From: Amphiscolops sp. MND2022
Taxonomy: Eukaryota
Assembly: GCA_964187785.1 (NCBI GenBank)
Contig: OZ076409.1
Location: 16,432,001-16,496,000, forward strand
Direction of reading: 5' to 3'
Length of the DNA: 64,000 nt
Part shown: positions 50,560 through 63,757 of the stretch, piece after piece
Layout: every line of letters begins with the position of its first letter
Numbering within the stretch: the stretch's first letter is position 1
The notes under the pieces: model-generated
The model's input: only the letters and a program-made list of their open reading frames with translations
Told to the model about the DNA's origin: nothing
Databases searched by the model: none
Translations under genes and position numbers: made by a program

Positions 50560-51344
50560 TTTTTGTCAGAAATGTGGTTTAACTTCGGTGACAGTTTTGC
50601 AAAAGGGGTCAAATTGAAAAGATAGCACAAAACGGACAACGCCATCAGAAAGAGCGTCCAAAAAAACCCCCATGCTGAAATTTTCGCCGCCATCACTTGA
50701 ATTTTCATTGAGTTATGTCATTTTTACTATTTTCACAAAATGTGGTTTAACTTCGGTGACAGTTTTGCAAAAGGGGTCAAAATGAACAGATAGCAAAAAA
50801 CGGACAACGGCATTGGAAAGAGGGCCCAAAATTACCCCTAAAACGTGTTTTTCACACTCCTGAGTCGACTTTTGATAATACATGGAATTTCATTTTTAAG
50901 CTTACTAATTTATGCTTTTCAGCATACATTTTCGTAATAGAGTCAAAATTTTGCTTTCTCACAATTTTTCTGGAATATTTTTGTTTCATCAGATGTCAAT
51001 AACTTGAAACGTCGTCTTTTCATGAGAATTTCTCCTCAAAACAAGTTGTTGGCTGGTAATGGTAAGTCCGTACCGCAGATAGGAGTCTCGCGCTCCAAAA
51101 ATTGACTCTTTGCTTTTAGCCTAATTGTTGTGATAAACTTATTAAATAGGTAAGTATTCCAACCCTATTGATAAGTTTTATTTGAAAGCAGACTGCGAAA
51201 GTGGTCTGCTGCCCAATTTTTGAACAAGGAACAAGCTAGTCTGCACTAACTTAAAAGTTACGCGTATTTTGACCGAGAAAATTTTCGTATCATTGTACGT
51301 AATTTTGTTGTTAAGCATATAAAGCTATTGATTTTACAATGATC

Positions 51345-51463
51345 GGCTACGACCATACCATGTTGAATGCACCGGTTCTCGTCCGATCACCGAAGTTAAA
51401 CAACATAGGGCCTGGTTAGTACTTGGATGGGAGACCGCTTGGGAACACCAGGTGTTGTAGCCT
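51345..51463 (+). rRNA. 5S rRNA
   Basis: Copy of 399-517. Confidence 0.97.
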
Positions 51464-52248
51464 TTTTTGTCAGAAATGTGGTTTAACTTCGGTGACAGTT
51501 TTGCAAAAGGGGTCAAATTGAAAAGATAGCACAAAACGGACAACGCCATCAGAAAGAGCGTCCAAAAAAACCCCCATGCTGAAATTTTCGCCGCCATCAC
51601 TTGAATTTTCATTGAGTTATGTCATTTTTACTATTTTCACAAAATGTGGTTTAACTTCGGTGACAGTTTTGCAAAAGGGGTCAAAATGAACAGATAGCAA
51701 AAAACGGACAACGGCATTGGAAAGAGGGCCCAAAATTACCCCTAAAACGTGTTTTTCACACTCCTGAGTCGACTTTTGATAATACATGGAATTTCATTTT
51801 TAAGCTTACTAATTTATGCTTTTCAGCATACATTTTCGTAATAGAGTCAAAATTTTGCTTTCTCACAATTTTTCTGGAATATTTTTGTTTCATCAGATGT
51901 CAATAACTTGAAACGTCGTCTTTTCATGAGAATTTCTCCTCAAAACAAGTTGTTGGCTGGTAATGGTAAGTCCGTACCGCAGATAGGAGTCTCGCGCTCC
52001 AAAAATTGACTCTTTGCTTTTAGCCTAATTGTTGTGATAAACTTATTAAATAGGTAAGTATTCCAACCCTATTGATAAGTTTTATTTGAAAGCAGACTGC
52101 GAAAGTGGTCTGCTGCCCAATTTTTGAACAAGGAACAAGCTAGTCTGCACTAACTTAAAAGTTACGCGTATTTTGACCGAGAAAATTTTCGTATCATTGT
52201 ACGTAATTTTGTTGTTAAGCATATAAAGCTATTGATTTTACAATGATC

Positions 52249-52367
52249 GGCTACGACCATACCATGTTGAATGCACCGGTTCTCGTCCGATCACCGAAGT
52301 TAAACAACATAGGGCCTGGTTAGTACTTGGATGGGAGACCGCTTGGGAACACCAGGTGTTGTAGCCT
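52249..52367 (+). rRNA. 5S rRNA
   Basis: Copy of 399-517. Confidence 0.97.
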
Positions 52368-53152
52368 TTTTTGTCAGAAATGTGGTTTAACTTCGGTGAC
52401 AGTTTTGCAAAAGGGGTCAAATTGAAAAGATAGCACAAAACGGACAACGCCATCAGAAAGAGCGTCCAAAAAAACCCCCATGCTGAAATTTTCGCCGCCA
52501 TCACTTGAATTTTCATTGAGTTATGTCATTTTTACTATTTTCACAAAATGTGGTTTAACTTCGGTGACAGTTTTGCAAAAGGGGTCAAAATGAACAGATA
52601 GCAAAAAACGGACAACGGCATTGGAAAGAGGGCCCAAAATTACCCCTAAAACGTGTTTTTCACACTCCTGAGTCGACTTTTGATAATACATGGAATTTCA
52701 TTTTTAAGCTTACTAATTTATGCTTTTCAGCATACATTTTCGTAATAGAGTCAAAATTTTGCTTTCTCACAATTTTTCTGGAATATTTTTGTTTCATCAG
52801 ATGTCAATAACTTGAAACGTCGTCTTTTCATGAGAATTTCTCCTCAAAACAAGTTGTTGGCTGGTAATGGTAAGTCCGTACCGCAGATAGGAGTCTCGCG
52901 CTCCAAAAATTGACTCTTTGCTTTTAGCCTAATTGTTGTGATAAACTTATTAAATAGGTAAGTATTCCAACCCTATTGATAAGTTTTATTTGAAAGCAGA
53001 CTGCGAAAGTGGTCTGCTGCCCAATTTTTGAACAAGGAACAATCTAGTCTGCACTAACTTAAAAGTTACGCGTATTTTGACCGAGAAAATTTTCGTATCA
53101 TTGTACGTAATTTTGTTGTTAAGCATATAAAGCTATTGATTTTACAATGATC

Positions 53153-53271
53153 GGCTACGACCATACCATGTTGAATGCACCGGTTCTCGTCCGATCACCG
53201 AAGTTAAACAACATAGGGCCTGGTTAGTACTTGGATGGGAGACCGCTTGGGAACACCAGGTGTTGTAGCCT
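53153..53271 (+). rRNA. 5S rRNA
   Basis: Copy of 399-517. Confidence 0.97.
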
Positions 53272-54056
53272 TTTTTGTCAGAAATGTGGTTTAACTTCGG
53301 TGACAGTTTTGCAAAAGGGGTCAAATTGAAAAGATAGCACAAAACGGACAACGCCATCAGAAAGAGCGTCCAAAAAAACCCCCATGCTGAAATTTTCGCC
53401 GCCATCACTTGAATTTTCATTGAGTTATGTCATTTTTACTATTTTCACAAAATGTGGTTTAACTTCGGTGACAGTTTTGCAAAAGGGGTCAAAATGAACA
53501 GATAGCAAAAAACGGACAACGGCATTGGAAAGAGGGCCCAAAATTACCCCTAAAACGTGTTTTTCACACTCCTGAGTCGACTTTTGATAATACATGGAAT
53601 TTCATTTTTAAGCTTACTAATTTATGCTTTTCAGCATACATTTTCGTAATAGAGTCAAAATTTTGCTTTCTCACAATTTTTCTGGAATATTTTTGTTTCA
53701 TCAGATGTCAATAACTTGAAACGTCGTCTTTTCATGAGAATTTCTCCTCAAAACAAGTTGTTGGCTGGTAATGGTAAGTCCGTACCGCAGATAGGAGTCT
53801 CGCGCTCCAAAAATTGACTCTTTGCTTTTAGCCTAATTGTTGTGATAAACTTATTAAATAGGTAAGTATTCCAACCCTATTGATAAGTTTTATTTGAAAG
53901 CAGACTGCGAAAGTGGTCTGCTGCCCAATTTTTGAACAAGGAACAAGCTAGTCTGCACTAACTTAAAAGTTACGCGTATTTTGACCGAGAAAATTTTCGT
54001 ATCATTGTACGTAATTTTGTTGTTAAGCATATAAAGCTATTGATTTTACAATGATC

Positions 54057-54175
54057 GGCTACGACCATACCATGTTGAATGCACCGGTTCTCGTCCGATC
54101 ACCGAAGTTAAACAACATAGGGCCTGGTTAGTACTTGGATGGGAGACCGCTTGGGAACACCAGGTGTTGTAGCCT
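54057..54175 (+). rRNA. 5S rRNA
   Basis: Copy of 399-517. Confidence 0.97.
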
Positions 54176-54777
54176 TTTTTGTCAGAAATGTGGTTTAACT
54201 TCGGTGACAGTTTTGCAAAAGGGGTCAAATTGAAAAGATAGCACAAAACGGACAACGCCATCAGAAAGAGCGTCCAAAAAAACCCCCATGCTGAAATTTT
54301 CGCCGCCATCACTTGAATTTTCATTGAGTTATGTCATTTTTACTATTTTCACAAAATGTGGTTTAACTTCGGTGACAGTTTTGCAAAAGGGGTCAAAATG
54401 AACAGATAGCAAAAAACGGACAACGGCATTGGAAAGAGGGCCCAAAATTACCCCTAAAACGTGTTTTTCACACTCCTGAGTCGACTTTTGATAATACATG
54501 GAATTTCATTTTTAAGCTTACTAATTTATGCTTTTCAGCATACATTTTCGTAATAGAGTCAAAATTTTGCTTTCTCACAATTTTTCTGGAATATTTTTGT
54601 TTCATCAGATGTCAATAACTTGAAACGTCGTCTTTTCATGAGAATTTCTCCTCAAAACAAGTTGTTGGCTGGTAATGGTAAGTCCGTACCGCAGATAGGA
54701 GTCTCGCGCTCCAAAAATTGACTCTTTGCTTTTAGCCTAATTGTTGTGATAAACTTATTAAATAGGTAAGTATTCCA

Positions 54778-54873
54778 TTTTTGGAGTATATCTTGCCTGT
54801 TTGAGGTGTGAGTCGCAGCAATCATAGGTCCAAAACCAGTAACCAAAAACCAACCTGTACTTACTTGTTTGAA
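54778..54873 (+). mobile_element. 96-bp retro-insertion in SL RNA gene (5'-truncated sister LINE or SINE-like), copy 1
   Basis: Flanked by the 14-bp duplication AGGTAAGTATTCCA (54764-54777 and 54874-54887); ends TTGTTTGAA at the same host base as the full-length element. Confidence 0.85.
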
Positions 54874-55068
54874 AGGTAAGTATTCCAACCCTATTGATAA
54901 GTTTTATTTGAAAGCAGACTGCGAAAGGTCTGCTGCCCAATTTTTGAACAAGGAACAAGCTAGTCTGCACTAACTTAAAAGTTACGCGTATTTTGACCGA
55001 GAAAATTTTCGTATCATTGTACGTAATTTTGTTGTTAAGCATATAAAGCTATTGATTTTACAATGATC

Positions 55069-55187
55069 GGCTACGACCATACCATGTTGAATGCACCGGT
55101 TCTCGTCCGATCACCGAAGTTAAACAACATAGGGCCTGGTTAGTACTTGGATGGGAGACCGCTTGGGAACACCAGGTGTTGTAGCCT
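55069..55187 (+). rRNA. 5S rRNA
   Basis: Copy of 399-517. Confidence 0.97.
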
Positions 55188-55972
55188 TTTTTGTCAGAAA
55201 TGTGGTTTAACTTCGGTGACAGTTTTGCAAAAGGGGTCAAATTGAAAAGATAGCACAAAACGGACAACGCCATCAGAAAGAGCGTCCAAAAAAACCCCCA
55301 TGCTGAAATTTTCGCCGCCATCACTTGAATTTTCATTGAGTTATGTCATTTTTACTATTTTCACAAAATGTGGTTTAACTTCGGTGACAGTTTTGCAAAA
55401 GGGGTCAAAATGAACAGATAGCAAAAAACGGACAACGGCATTGGAAAGAGGGCCCAAAATTACCCCTAAAACGTGTTTTTCACACTCCTGAGTCGACTTT
55501 TGATAATACATGGAATTTCATTTTTAAGCTTACTAATTTATGCTTTTCAGCATACATTTTCGTAATAGAGTCAAAATTTTGCTTTCTCACAATTTTTCTG
55601 GAATATTTTTGTTTCATCAGATGTCAATAACTTGAAACGTCGTCTTTTCATGAGAATTTCTCCTCAAAACAAGTTGTTGGCTGGTAATGGTAAGTCCGTA
55701 CCGCAGATAGGAGTCTCGCGCTCCAAAAATTGACTCTTTGCTTTTAGCCTAATTGTTGTGATAAACTTATTAAATAGGTAAGTATTCCAACCCTATTGAT
55801 AAGTTTTATTTGAAAGCAGACTGCGAAAGTGGTCTGCTGCCCAATTTTTGAACAAGGAACAAGCTAGTCTGCACTAACTTAAAAGTTACGCGTATTTTGA
55901 CCGAGAAAATTTTCGTATCATTGTACGTAATTTTGTTGTTAAGCATATAAAGCTATTGATTTTACAATGATC

Positions 55973-56091
55973 GGCTACGACCATACCATGTTGAATGCAC
56001 CGGTTCTCGTCCGATCACCGAAGTTAAACAACATAGGGCCTGGTTAGTACTTGGATGGGAGACCGCTTGGGAACACCAGGTGTTGTAGCCT
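55973..56091 (+). rRNA. 5S rRNA
   Basis: Copy of 399-517. Confidence 0.97.
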
Positions 56092-56693
56092 TTTTTGTCA
56101 GAAATGTGGTTTAACTTCGGTGACAGTTTTGCAAAAGGGGTCAAATTGAAAAGATAGCACAAAACGGACAACGCCATCAGAAAGAGTGTCCAAAAAAACC
56201 CCCATGCTGAAATTTTCGCCGCCATCACTTGAATTTTCATTGAGTTATGTCATTTTTACTATTTTCACAAAATGTGGTTTAACTTCGGTGACAGTTTTGC
56301 AAAAGGGGTCAAAATGAACAGATAGCAAAAAACGGACAACGGCATTGGAAAGAGGGCCCAAAATTACCCCTAAAACGTGTTTTTCACACTCCTGAGTCGA
56401 CTTTTGATAATACATGGAATTTCATTTTTAAGCTTACTAATTTATGCTTTTCAGCATACATTTTCGTAATAGAGTCAAAATTTTGCTTTCTCACAATTTT
56501 TCTGGAATATTTTTGTTTCATCAGATGTCAATAACTTGAAACGTCGTCTTTTCATGAGAATTTCTCCTCAAAACAAGTTGTTGGCTGGTAATGGTAAGTC
56601 CGTACCGCAGATAGGAGTCTCGCGCTCCAAAAATTGACTCTTTGCTTTTAGCCTAATTGTTGTGATAAACTTATTAAATAGGTAAGTATTCCA

Positions 56694-56789
56694 TTTTTGG
56701 AGTATATCTTGCCTGTTTGAGGTGTGAGTCGCAGCAATCATAGGTCCAAAACCAGTAACCAAAAACCAACCTGTACTTACTTGTTTGAA
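56694..56789 (+). mobile_element. 96-bp retro-insertion in SL RNA gene, copy 2
   Basis: Same sequence and 14-bp duplication as copy 1. Confidence 0.85.
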
Positions 56790-56984
56790 AGGTAAGTATT
56801 CCAACCCTATTGATAAGTTTTATTTGAAAGCAGACTGCGAAAGGTCTGCTGCCCAATTTTTGAACAAGGAACAAGCTAGTCTGCACTAACTTAAAAGTTA
56901 CGCGTATTTTGACCGAGAAAATTTTCGTATCATTGTACGTAATTTTGTTGTTAAGCATATAAAGCTATTGATTTTACAATGATC

Positions 56985-57103
56985 GGCTACGACCATACCA
57001 TGTTGAATGCACCGGTTCTCGTCCGATCACCGAAGTTAAACAACATAGGGCCTGGTTAGTACTTGGATGGGAGACCGCTTGGGAACACCAGGTGTTGTAG
57101 CCT
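56985..57103 (+). rRNA. 5S rRNA
   Basis: Copy of 399-517. Confidence 0.97.
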
Positions 57104-57705
57104 TTTTTGTCAGAAATGTGGTTTAACTTCGGTGACAGTTTTGCAAAAGGGGTCAAATTGAAAAGATAGCACAAAACGGACAACGCCATCAGAAAGAGCG
57201 TCCAAAAAAACCCCCATGCTGAAATTTTCGCCGCCATCACTTGAATTTTCATTGAGTTATGTCATTTTTACTATTTTCACAAAATGTGGTTTAACTTCGG
57301 TGACAGTTTTGCAAAAGGGGTCAAAATGAACAGATAGCAAAAAACGGACAACGGCATTGGAAAGAGGGCCCAAAATTACCCCTAAAACGTGTTTTTCACA
57401 CTCCTGAGTCGACTTTTGATAATACATGGAATTTCATTTTTAAGCTTACTAATTTATGCTTTTCAGCATACATTTTCGTAATAGAGTCAAAATTTTGCTT
57501 TCTCACAATTTTTCTGGAATATTTTTGTTTCATCAGATGTCAATAACTTGAAACGTCGTCTTTTCATGAGAATTTCTCCTCAAAACAAGTTGTTGGCTGG
57601 TAATGGTAAGTCCGTACCGCAGATAGGAGTCTCGCGCTCCAAAAATTGACTCTTTGCTTTTAGCCTAATTGTTGTGATAAACTTATTAAATAGGTAAGTA
57701 TTCCA

Positions 57706-57801
57706 TTTTTGGAGTATATCTTGCCTGTTTGAGGTGTGAGTCGCAGCAATCATAGGTCCAAAACCAGTAACCAAAAACCAACCTGTACTTACTTGTTTGA
57801 A
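57706..57801 (+). mobile_element. 96-bp retro-insertion in SL RNA gene, copy 3
   Basis: Same sequence and 14-bp duplication as copy 1. Confidence 0.85.
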
Positions 57802-57996
57802 AGGTAAGTATTCCAACCCTATTGATAAGTTTTATTTGAAAGCAGACTGCGAAAGGTCTGCTGCCCAATTTTTGAACAAGGAACAAGCTAGTCTGCACTA
57901 ACTTAAAAGTTACGCGTATTTTGACCGAGAAAATTTTCGTATCATTGTACGTAATTTTGTTGTTAAGCATATAAAGCTATTGATTTTACAATGATC

Positions 57997-58115
57997 GGCT
58001 ACGACCATACCATGTTGAATGCACCGGTTCTCGTCCGATCACCGAAGTTAAACAACATAGGGCCTGGTTAGTACTTGGATGGGAGACCGCTTGGGAACAC
58101 CAGGTGTTGTAGCCT
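57997..58115 (+). rRNA. 5S rRNA
   Basis: Copy of 399-517. Confidence 0.97.
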
Positions 58116-58900
58116 TTTTTGTCAGAAATGTGGTTTAACTTCGGTGACAGTTTTGCAAAAGGGGTCAAATTGAAAAGATAGCACAAAACGGACAACGCCA
58201 TCAGAAAGAGCGTCCAAAAAAACCCCCATGCTGAAATTTTCGCCGCCATCACTTGAATTTTCATTGAGTTATGTCATTTTTACTATTTTCACAAAATGTG
58301 GTTTAACTTCGGTGACAGTTTTGCAAAAGGGGTCAAAATGAACAGATAGCAAAAAACGGACAACGGCATTGGAAAGAGGGCCCAAAATTACCCCTAAAAC
58401 GTGTTTTTCACACTCCTGAGTCGACTTTTGATAATACATGGAATTTCATTTTTAAGCTTACTAATTTATGCTTTTCAGCATACATTTTCGTAATAGAGTC
58501 AAAATTTTGCTTTCTCACAATTTTTCTGGAATATTTTTGTTTCATCAGATGTCAATAACTTGAAACGTCGTCTTTTCATGAGAATTTCTCCTCAAAACAA
58601 GTTGTTGGCTGGTAATGGTAAGTCCGTACCGCAGATAGGAGTCTCGCGCTCCAAAAATTGACTCTTTGCTTTTAGCCTAATTGTTGTGATAAACTTATTA
58701 AATAGGTAAGTATTCCAACCCTATTGATAAGTTTTATTTGAAAGCAGACTGCGAAAGTGGTCTGCTGCCCAATTTTTGAACAAGGAACAAGCTAGTCTGC
58801 ACTAACTTAAAAGTTACGCGTATTTTGACCGAGAAAATTTTCGTATCATTGTACGTAATTTTGTTGTTAAGCATATAAAGCTATTGATTTTACAATGATC

Positions 58901-59019
58901 GGCTACGACCATACCATGTTGAATGCACCGGTTCTCGTCCGATCACCGAAGTTAAACAACATAGGGCCTGGTTAGTACTTGGATGGGAGACCGCTTGGGA
59001 ACACCAGGTGTTGTAGCCT
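58901..59019 (+). rRNA. 5S rRNA
   Basis: Copy of 399-517. Confidence 0.97.
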
Positions 59020-59621
59020 TTTTTGTCAGAAATGTGGTTTAACTTCGGTGACAGTTTTGCAAAAGGGGTCAAATTGAAAAGATAGCACAAAACGGACAAC
59101 GCCATCAGAAAGAGCGTCCAAAAAAACCCCCATGCTGAAATTTTCGCCGCCATCACTTGAATTTTCATTGAGTTATGTCATTTTTACTATTTTCACAAAA
59201 TGTGGTTTAACTTCGGTGACAGTTTTGCAAAAGGGGTCAAAATGAACAGATAGCAAAAAACGGACAACGGCATTGGAAAGAGGGCCCAAAATTACCCCTA
59301 AAACGTGTTTTTCACACTCCTGAGTCGACTTTTGATAATACATGGAATTTCATTTTTAAGCTTACTAATTTATGCTTTTCAGCATACATTTTCGTAATAG
59401 AGTCAAAATTTTGCTTTCTCACAATTTTTCTGGAATATTTTTGTTTCATCAGATGTCAATAACTTGAAACGTCGTCTTTTCATGAGAATTTCTCCTCAAA
59501 ACAAGTTGTTGGCTGGTAATGGTAAGTCCGTACCGCAGATAGGAGTCTCGCGCTCCAAAAATTGACTCTTTGCTTTTAGCCTAATTGTTGTGATAAACTT
59601 ATTAAATAGGTAAGTATTCCA

Positions 59622-59717
59622 TTTTTGGAGTATATCTTGCCTGTTTGAGGTGTGAGTCGCAGCAATCATAGGTCCAAAACCAGTAACCAAAAACCAACCT
59701 GTACTTACTTGTTTGAA
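59622..59717 (+). mobile_element. 96-bp retro-insertion in SL RNA gene, copy 4
   Basis: Same sequence and 14-bp duplication as copy 1. Confidence 0.85.
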
Positions 59718-59912
59718 AGGTAAGTATTCCAACCCTATTGATAAGTTTTATTTGAAAGCAGACTGCGAAAGGTCTGCTGCCCAATTTTTGAACAAGGAAC
59801 AAGCTAGTCTGCACTAACTTAAAAGTTACGCGTATTTTGACCGAGAAAATTTTCGTATCATTGTACGTAATTTTGTTGTTAAGCATATAAAGCTATTGAT
59901 TTTACAATGATC

Positions 59913-60031
59913 GGCTACGACCATACCATGTTGAATGCACCGGTTCTCGTCCGATCACCGAAGTTAAACAACATAGGGCCTGGTTAGTACTTGGATGGGA
60001 GACCGCTTGGGAACACCAGGTGTTGTAGCCT
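59913..60031 (+). rRNA. 5S rRNA
   Basis: Copy of 399-517. Confidence 0.97.
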
Positions 60032-60816
60032 TTTTTGTCAGAAATGTGGTTTAACTTCGGTGACAGTTTTGCAAAAGGGGTCAAATTGAAAAGATAGCAC
60101 AAAACGGACAACGCCATCAGAAAGAGCGTCCAAAAAAACCCCCATGCTGAAATTTTCGCCGCCATCACTTGAATTTTCATTGAGTTATGTCATTTTTACT
60201 ATTTTCACAAAATGTGGTTTAACTTCGGTGACAGTTTTGCAAAAGGGGTCAAAATGAACAGATAGCAAAAAACGGACAACGGCATTGGAAAGAGGGCCCA
60301 AAATTACCCCTAAAACGTGTTTTTCACACTCCTGAGTCGACTTTTGATAATACATGGAATTTCATTTTTAAGCTTACTAATTTATGCTTTTCAGCATACA
60401 TTTTCGTAATAGAGTCAAAATTTTGCTTTCTCACAATTTTTCTGGAATATTTTTGTTTCATCAGATGTCAATAACTTGAAACGTCGTCTTTTCATGAGAA
60501 TTTCTCCTCAAAACAAGTTGTTGGCTGGTAATGGTAAGTCCGTACCGCAGATAGGAGTCTCGCGCTCCAAAAATTGACTCTTTGCTTTTAGCCTAATTGT
60601 TGTGATAAACTTATTAAATAGGTAAGTATTCCAACCCTATTGATAAGTTTTATTTGAAAGCAGACTGCGAAAGTGGTCTGCTGCCCAATTTTTGAACAAG
60701 GAACAAGCTAGTCTGCACTAACTTAAAAGTTACGCGTATTTTGACCGAGAAAATTTTCGTATCATTGTACGTAATTTTGTTGTTAAGCATATAAAGCTAT
60801 TGATTTTACAATGATC

Positions 60817-60935
60817 GGCTACGACCATACCATGTTGAATGCACCGGTTCTCGTCCGATCACCGAAGTTAAACAACATAGGGCCTGGTTAGTACTTGGAT
60901 GGGAGACCGCTTGGGAACACCAGGTGTTGTAGCCT
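60817..60935 (+). rRNA. 5S rRNA
   Basis: Copy of 399-517. Confidence 0.97.
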
Positions 60936-61720
60936 TTTTTGTCAGAAATGTGGTTTAACTTCGGTGACAGTTTTGCAAAAGGGGTCAAATTGAAAAGATA
61001 GCACAAAACGGACAACGCCATCAGAAAGAGCGTCCAAAAAAACCCCCATGCTGAAATTTTCGCCGCCATCACTTGAATTTTCATTGAGTTATGTCATTTT
61101 TACTATTTTCACAAAATGTGGTTTAACTTCGGTGACAGTTTTGCAAAAGGGGTCAAAATGAACAGATAGCAAAAAACGGACAACGGCATTGGAAAGAGGG
61201 CCCAAAATTACCCCTAAAACGTGTTTTTCACACTCCTGAGTCGACTTTTGATAATACATGGAATTTCATTTTTAAGCTTACTAATTTATGCTTTTCAGCA
61301 TACATTTTCGTAATAGAGTCAAAATTTTGCTTTCTCACAATTTTTCTGGAATATTTTTGTTTCATCAGATGTCAATAACTTGAAACGTCGTCTTTTCATG
61401 AGAATTTCTCCTCAAAACAAGTTGTTGGCTGGTAATGGTAAGTCCGTACCGCAGATAGGAGTCTCGCGCTCCAAAAATTGACTCTTTGCTTTTAGCCTAA
61501 TTGTTGTGATAAACTTATTAAATAGGTAAGTATTCCAACCCTATTGATAAGTTTTATTTGAAAGCAGACTGCGAAAGTGGTCTGCTGCCCAATTTTTGAA
61601 CAAGGAACAAGCTAGTCTGCACTAACTTAAAAGTTACGCGTATTTTGACCGAGAAAATTTTCGTATCATTGTACGTAATTTTGTTGTTAAGCATATAAAG
61701 CTATTGATTTTACAATGATC

Positions 61721-61839
61721 GGCTACGACCATACCATGTTGAATGCACCGGTTCTCGTCCGATCACCGAAGTTAAACAACATAGGGCCTGGTTAGTACTT
61801 GGATGGGAGACCGCTTGGGAACACCAGGTGTTGTAGCCT
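61721..61839 (+). rRNA. 5S rRNA
   Basis: Copy of 399-517. Confidence 0.97.
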
Positions 61840-62624
61840 TTTTTGTCAGAAATGTGGTTTAACTTCGGTGACAGTTTTGCAAAAGGGGTCAAATTGAAAA
61901 GATAGCACAAAACGGACAACGCCATCAGAAAGAGCGTCCAAAAAAACCCCCATGCTGAAATTTTCGCCGCCATCACTTGAATTTTCATTGAGTTATGTCA
62001 TTTTTACTATTTTCACAAAATGTGGTTTAACTTCGGTGACAGTTTTGCAAAAGGGGTCAAAATGAACAGATAGCAAAAAACGGACAACGGCATTGGAAAG
62101 AGGGCCCAAAATTACCCCTAAAACGTGTTTTTCACACTCCTGAGTCGACTTTTGATAATACATGGAATTTCATTTTTAAGCTTACTAATTTATGCTTTTC
62201 AGCATACATTTTCGTAATAGAGTCAAAATTTTGCTTTCTCACAATTTTTCTGGAATATTTTTGTTTCATCAGATGTCAATAACTTGAAACGTCGTCTTTT
62301 CATGAGAATTTCTCCTCAAAACAAGTTGTTGGCTGGTAATGGTAAGTCCGTACCGCAGATAGGAGTCTCGCGCTCCAAAAATTGACTCTTTGCTTTTAGC
62401 CTAATTGTTGTGATAAACTTATTAAATAGGTAAGTATTCCAACCCTATTGATAAGTTTTATTTGAAAGCAGACTGCGAAAGTGGTCTGCTGCCCAATTTT
62501 TGAACAAGGAACAAGCTAGTCTGCACTAACTTAAAAGTTACGCGTATTTTGACCGAGAAAATTTTCGTATCATTGTACGTAATTTTGTTGTTAAGCATAT
62601 AAAGCTATTGATTTTACAATGATC

Positions 62625-62743
62625 GGCTACGACCATACCATGTTGAATGCACCGGTTCTCGTCCGATCACCGAAGTTAAACAACATAGGGCCTGGTTAGT
62701 ACTTGGATGGGAGACCGCTTGGGAACACCAGGTGTTGTAGCCT
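62625..62743 (+). rRNA. 5S rRNA
   Basis: Copy of 399-517. Confidence 0.97.
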
Positions 62744-63345
62744 TTTTTGTCAGAAATGTGGTTTAACTTCGGTGACAGTTTTGCAAAAGGGGTCAAATTG
62801 AAAAGATAGCACAAAACGGACAACGCCATCAGAAAGAGCGTCCAAAAAAACCCCCATGCTGAAATTTTCGCCGCCATCACTTGAATTTTCATTGAGTTAT
62901 GTCATTTTTACTATTTTCACAAAATGTGGTTTAACTTCGGTGACAGTTTTGCAAAAGGGGTCAAAATGAACAGATAGCAAAAAACGGACAACGGCATTGG
63001 AAAGAGGGCCCAAAATTACCCCTAAAACGTGTTTTTCACACTCCTGAGTCGACTTTTGATAATACATGGAATTTCATTTTTAAGCTTACTAATTTATGCT
63101 TTTCAGCATACATTTTCGTAATAGAGTCAAAATTTTGCTTTCTCACAATTTTTCTGGAATATTTTTGTTTCATCAGATGTCAATAACTTGAAACGTCGTC
63201 TTTTCATGAGAATTTCTCCTCAAAACAAGTTGTTGGCTGGTAATGGTAAGTCCGTACCGCAGATAGGAGTCTCGCGCTCCAAAAATTGACTCTTTGCTTT
63301 TAGCCTAATTGTTGTGATAAACTTATTAAATAGGTAAGTATTCCA

Positions 63346-63441
63346 TTTTTGGAGTATATCTTGCCTGTTTGAGGTGTGAGTCGCAGCAATCATAGGTCCA
63401 AAACCAGTAACCAAAAACCAACCTGTACTTACTTGTTTGAA
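63346..63441 (+). mobile_element. 96-bp retro-insertion in SL RNA gene, copy 5 (no linked 2-bp deletion)
   Basis: Same insert and duplication; downstream stem-loop II is wild type. Confidence 0.85.
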
Positions 63442-63638
63442 AGGTAAGTATTCCAACCCTATTGATAAGTTTTATTTGAAAGCAGACTGCGAAAGTGGTC
63501 TGCTGCCCAATTTTTGAACAAGGAACAAGCTAGTCTGCACTAACTTAAAAGTTACGCGTATTTTGACCGAGAAAATTTTCGTATCATTGTACGTAATTTT
63601 GTTGTTAAGCATATAAAGCTATTGATTTTACAATGATC

Positions 63639-63757
63639 GGCTACGACCATACCATGTTGAATGCACCGGTTCTCGTCCGATCACCGAAGTTAAACAACAT
63701 AGGGCCTGGTTAGTACTTGGATGGGAGACCGCTTGGGAACACCAGGTGTTGTAGCCT
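63639..63757 (+). rRNA. 5S rRNA
   Basis: Copy of 399-517. Confidence 0.97.

Noticed and set aside
54652..55042. 78-aa and 94-aa minus-strand ORFs in insert-bearing units
   Set aside because: Chance frames created by the 96-bp insertion and 2-bp deletion; antisense to the putative SL gene.
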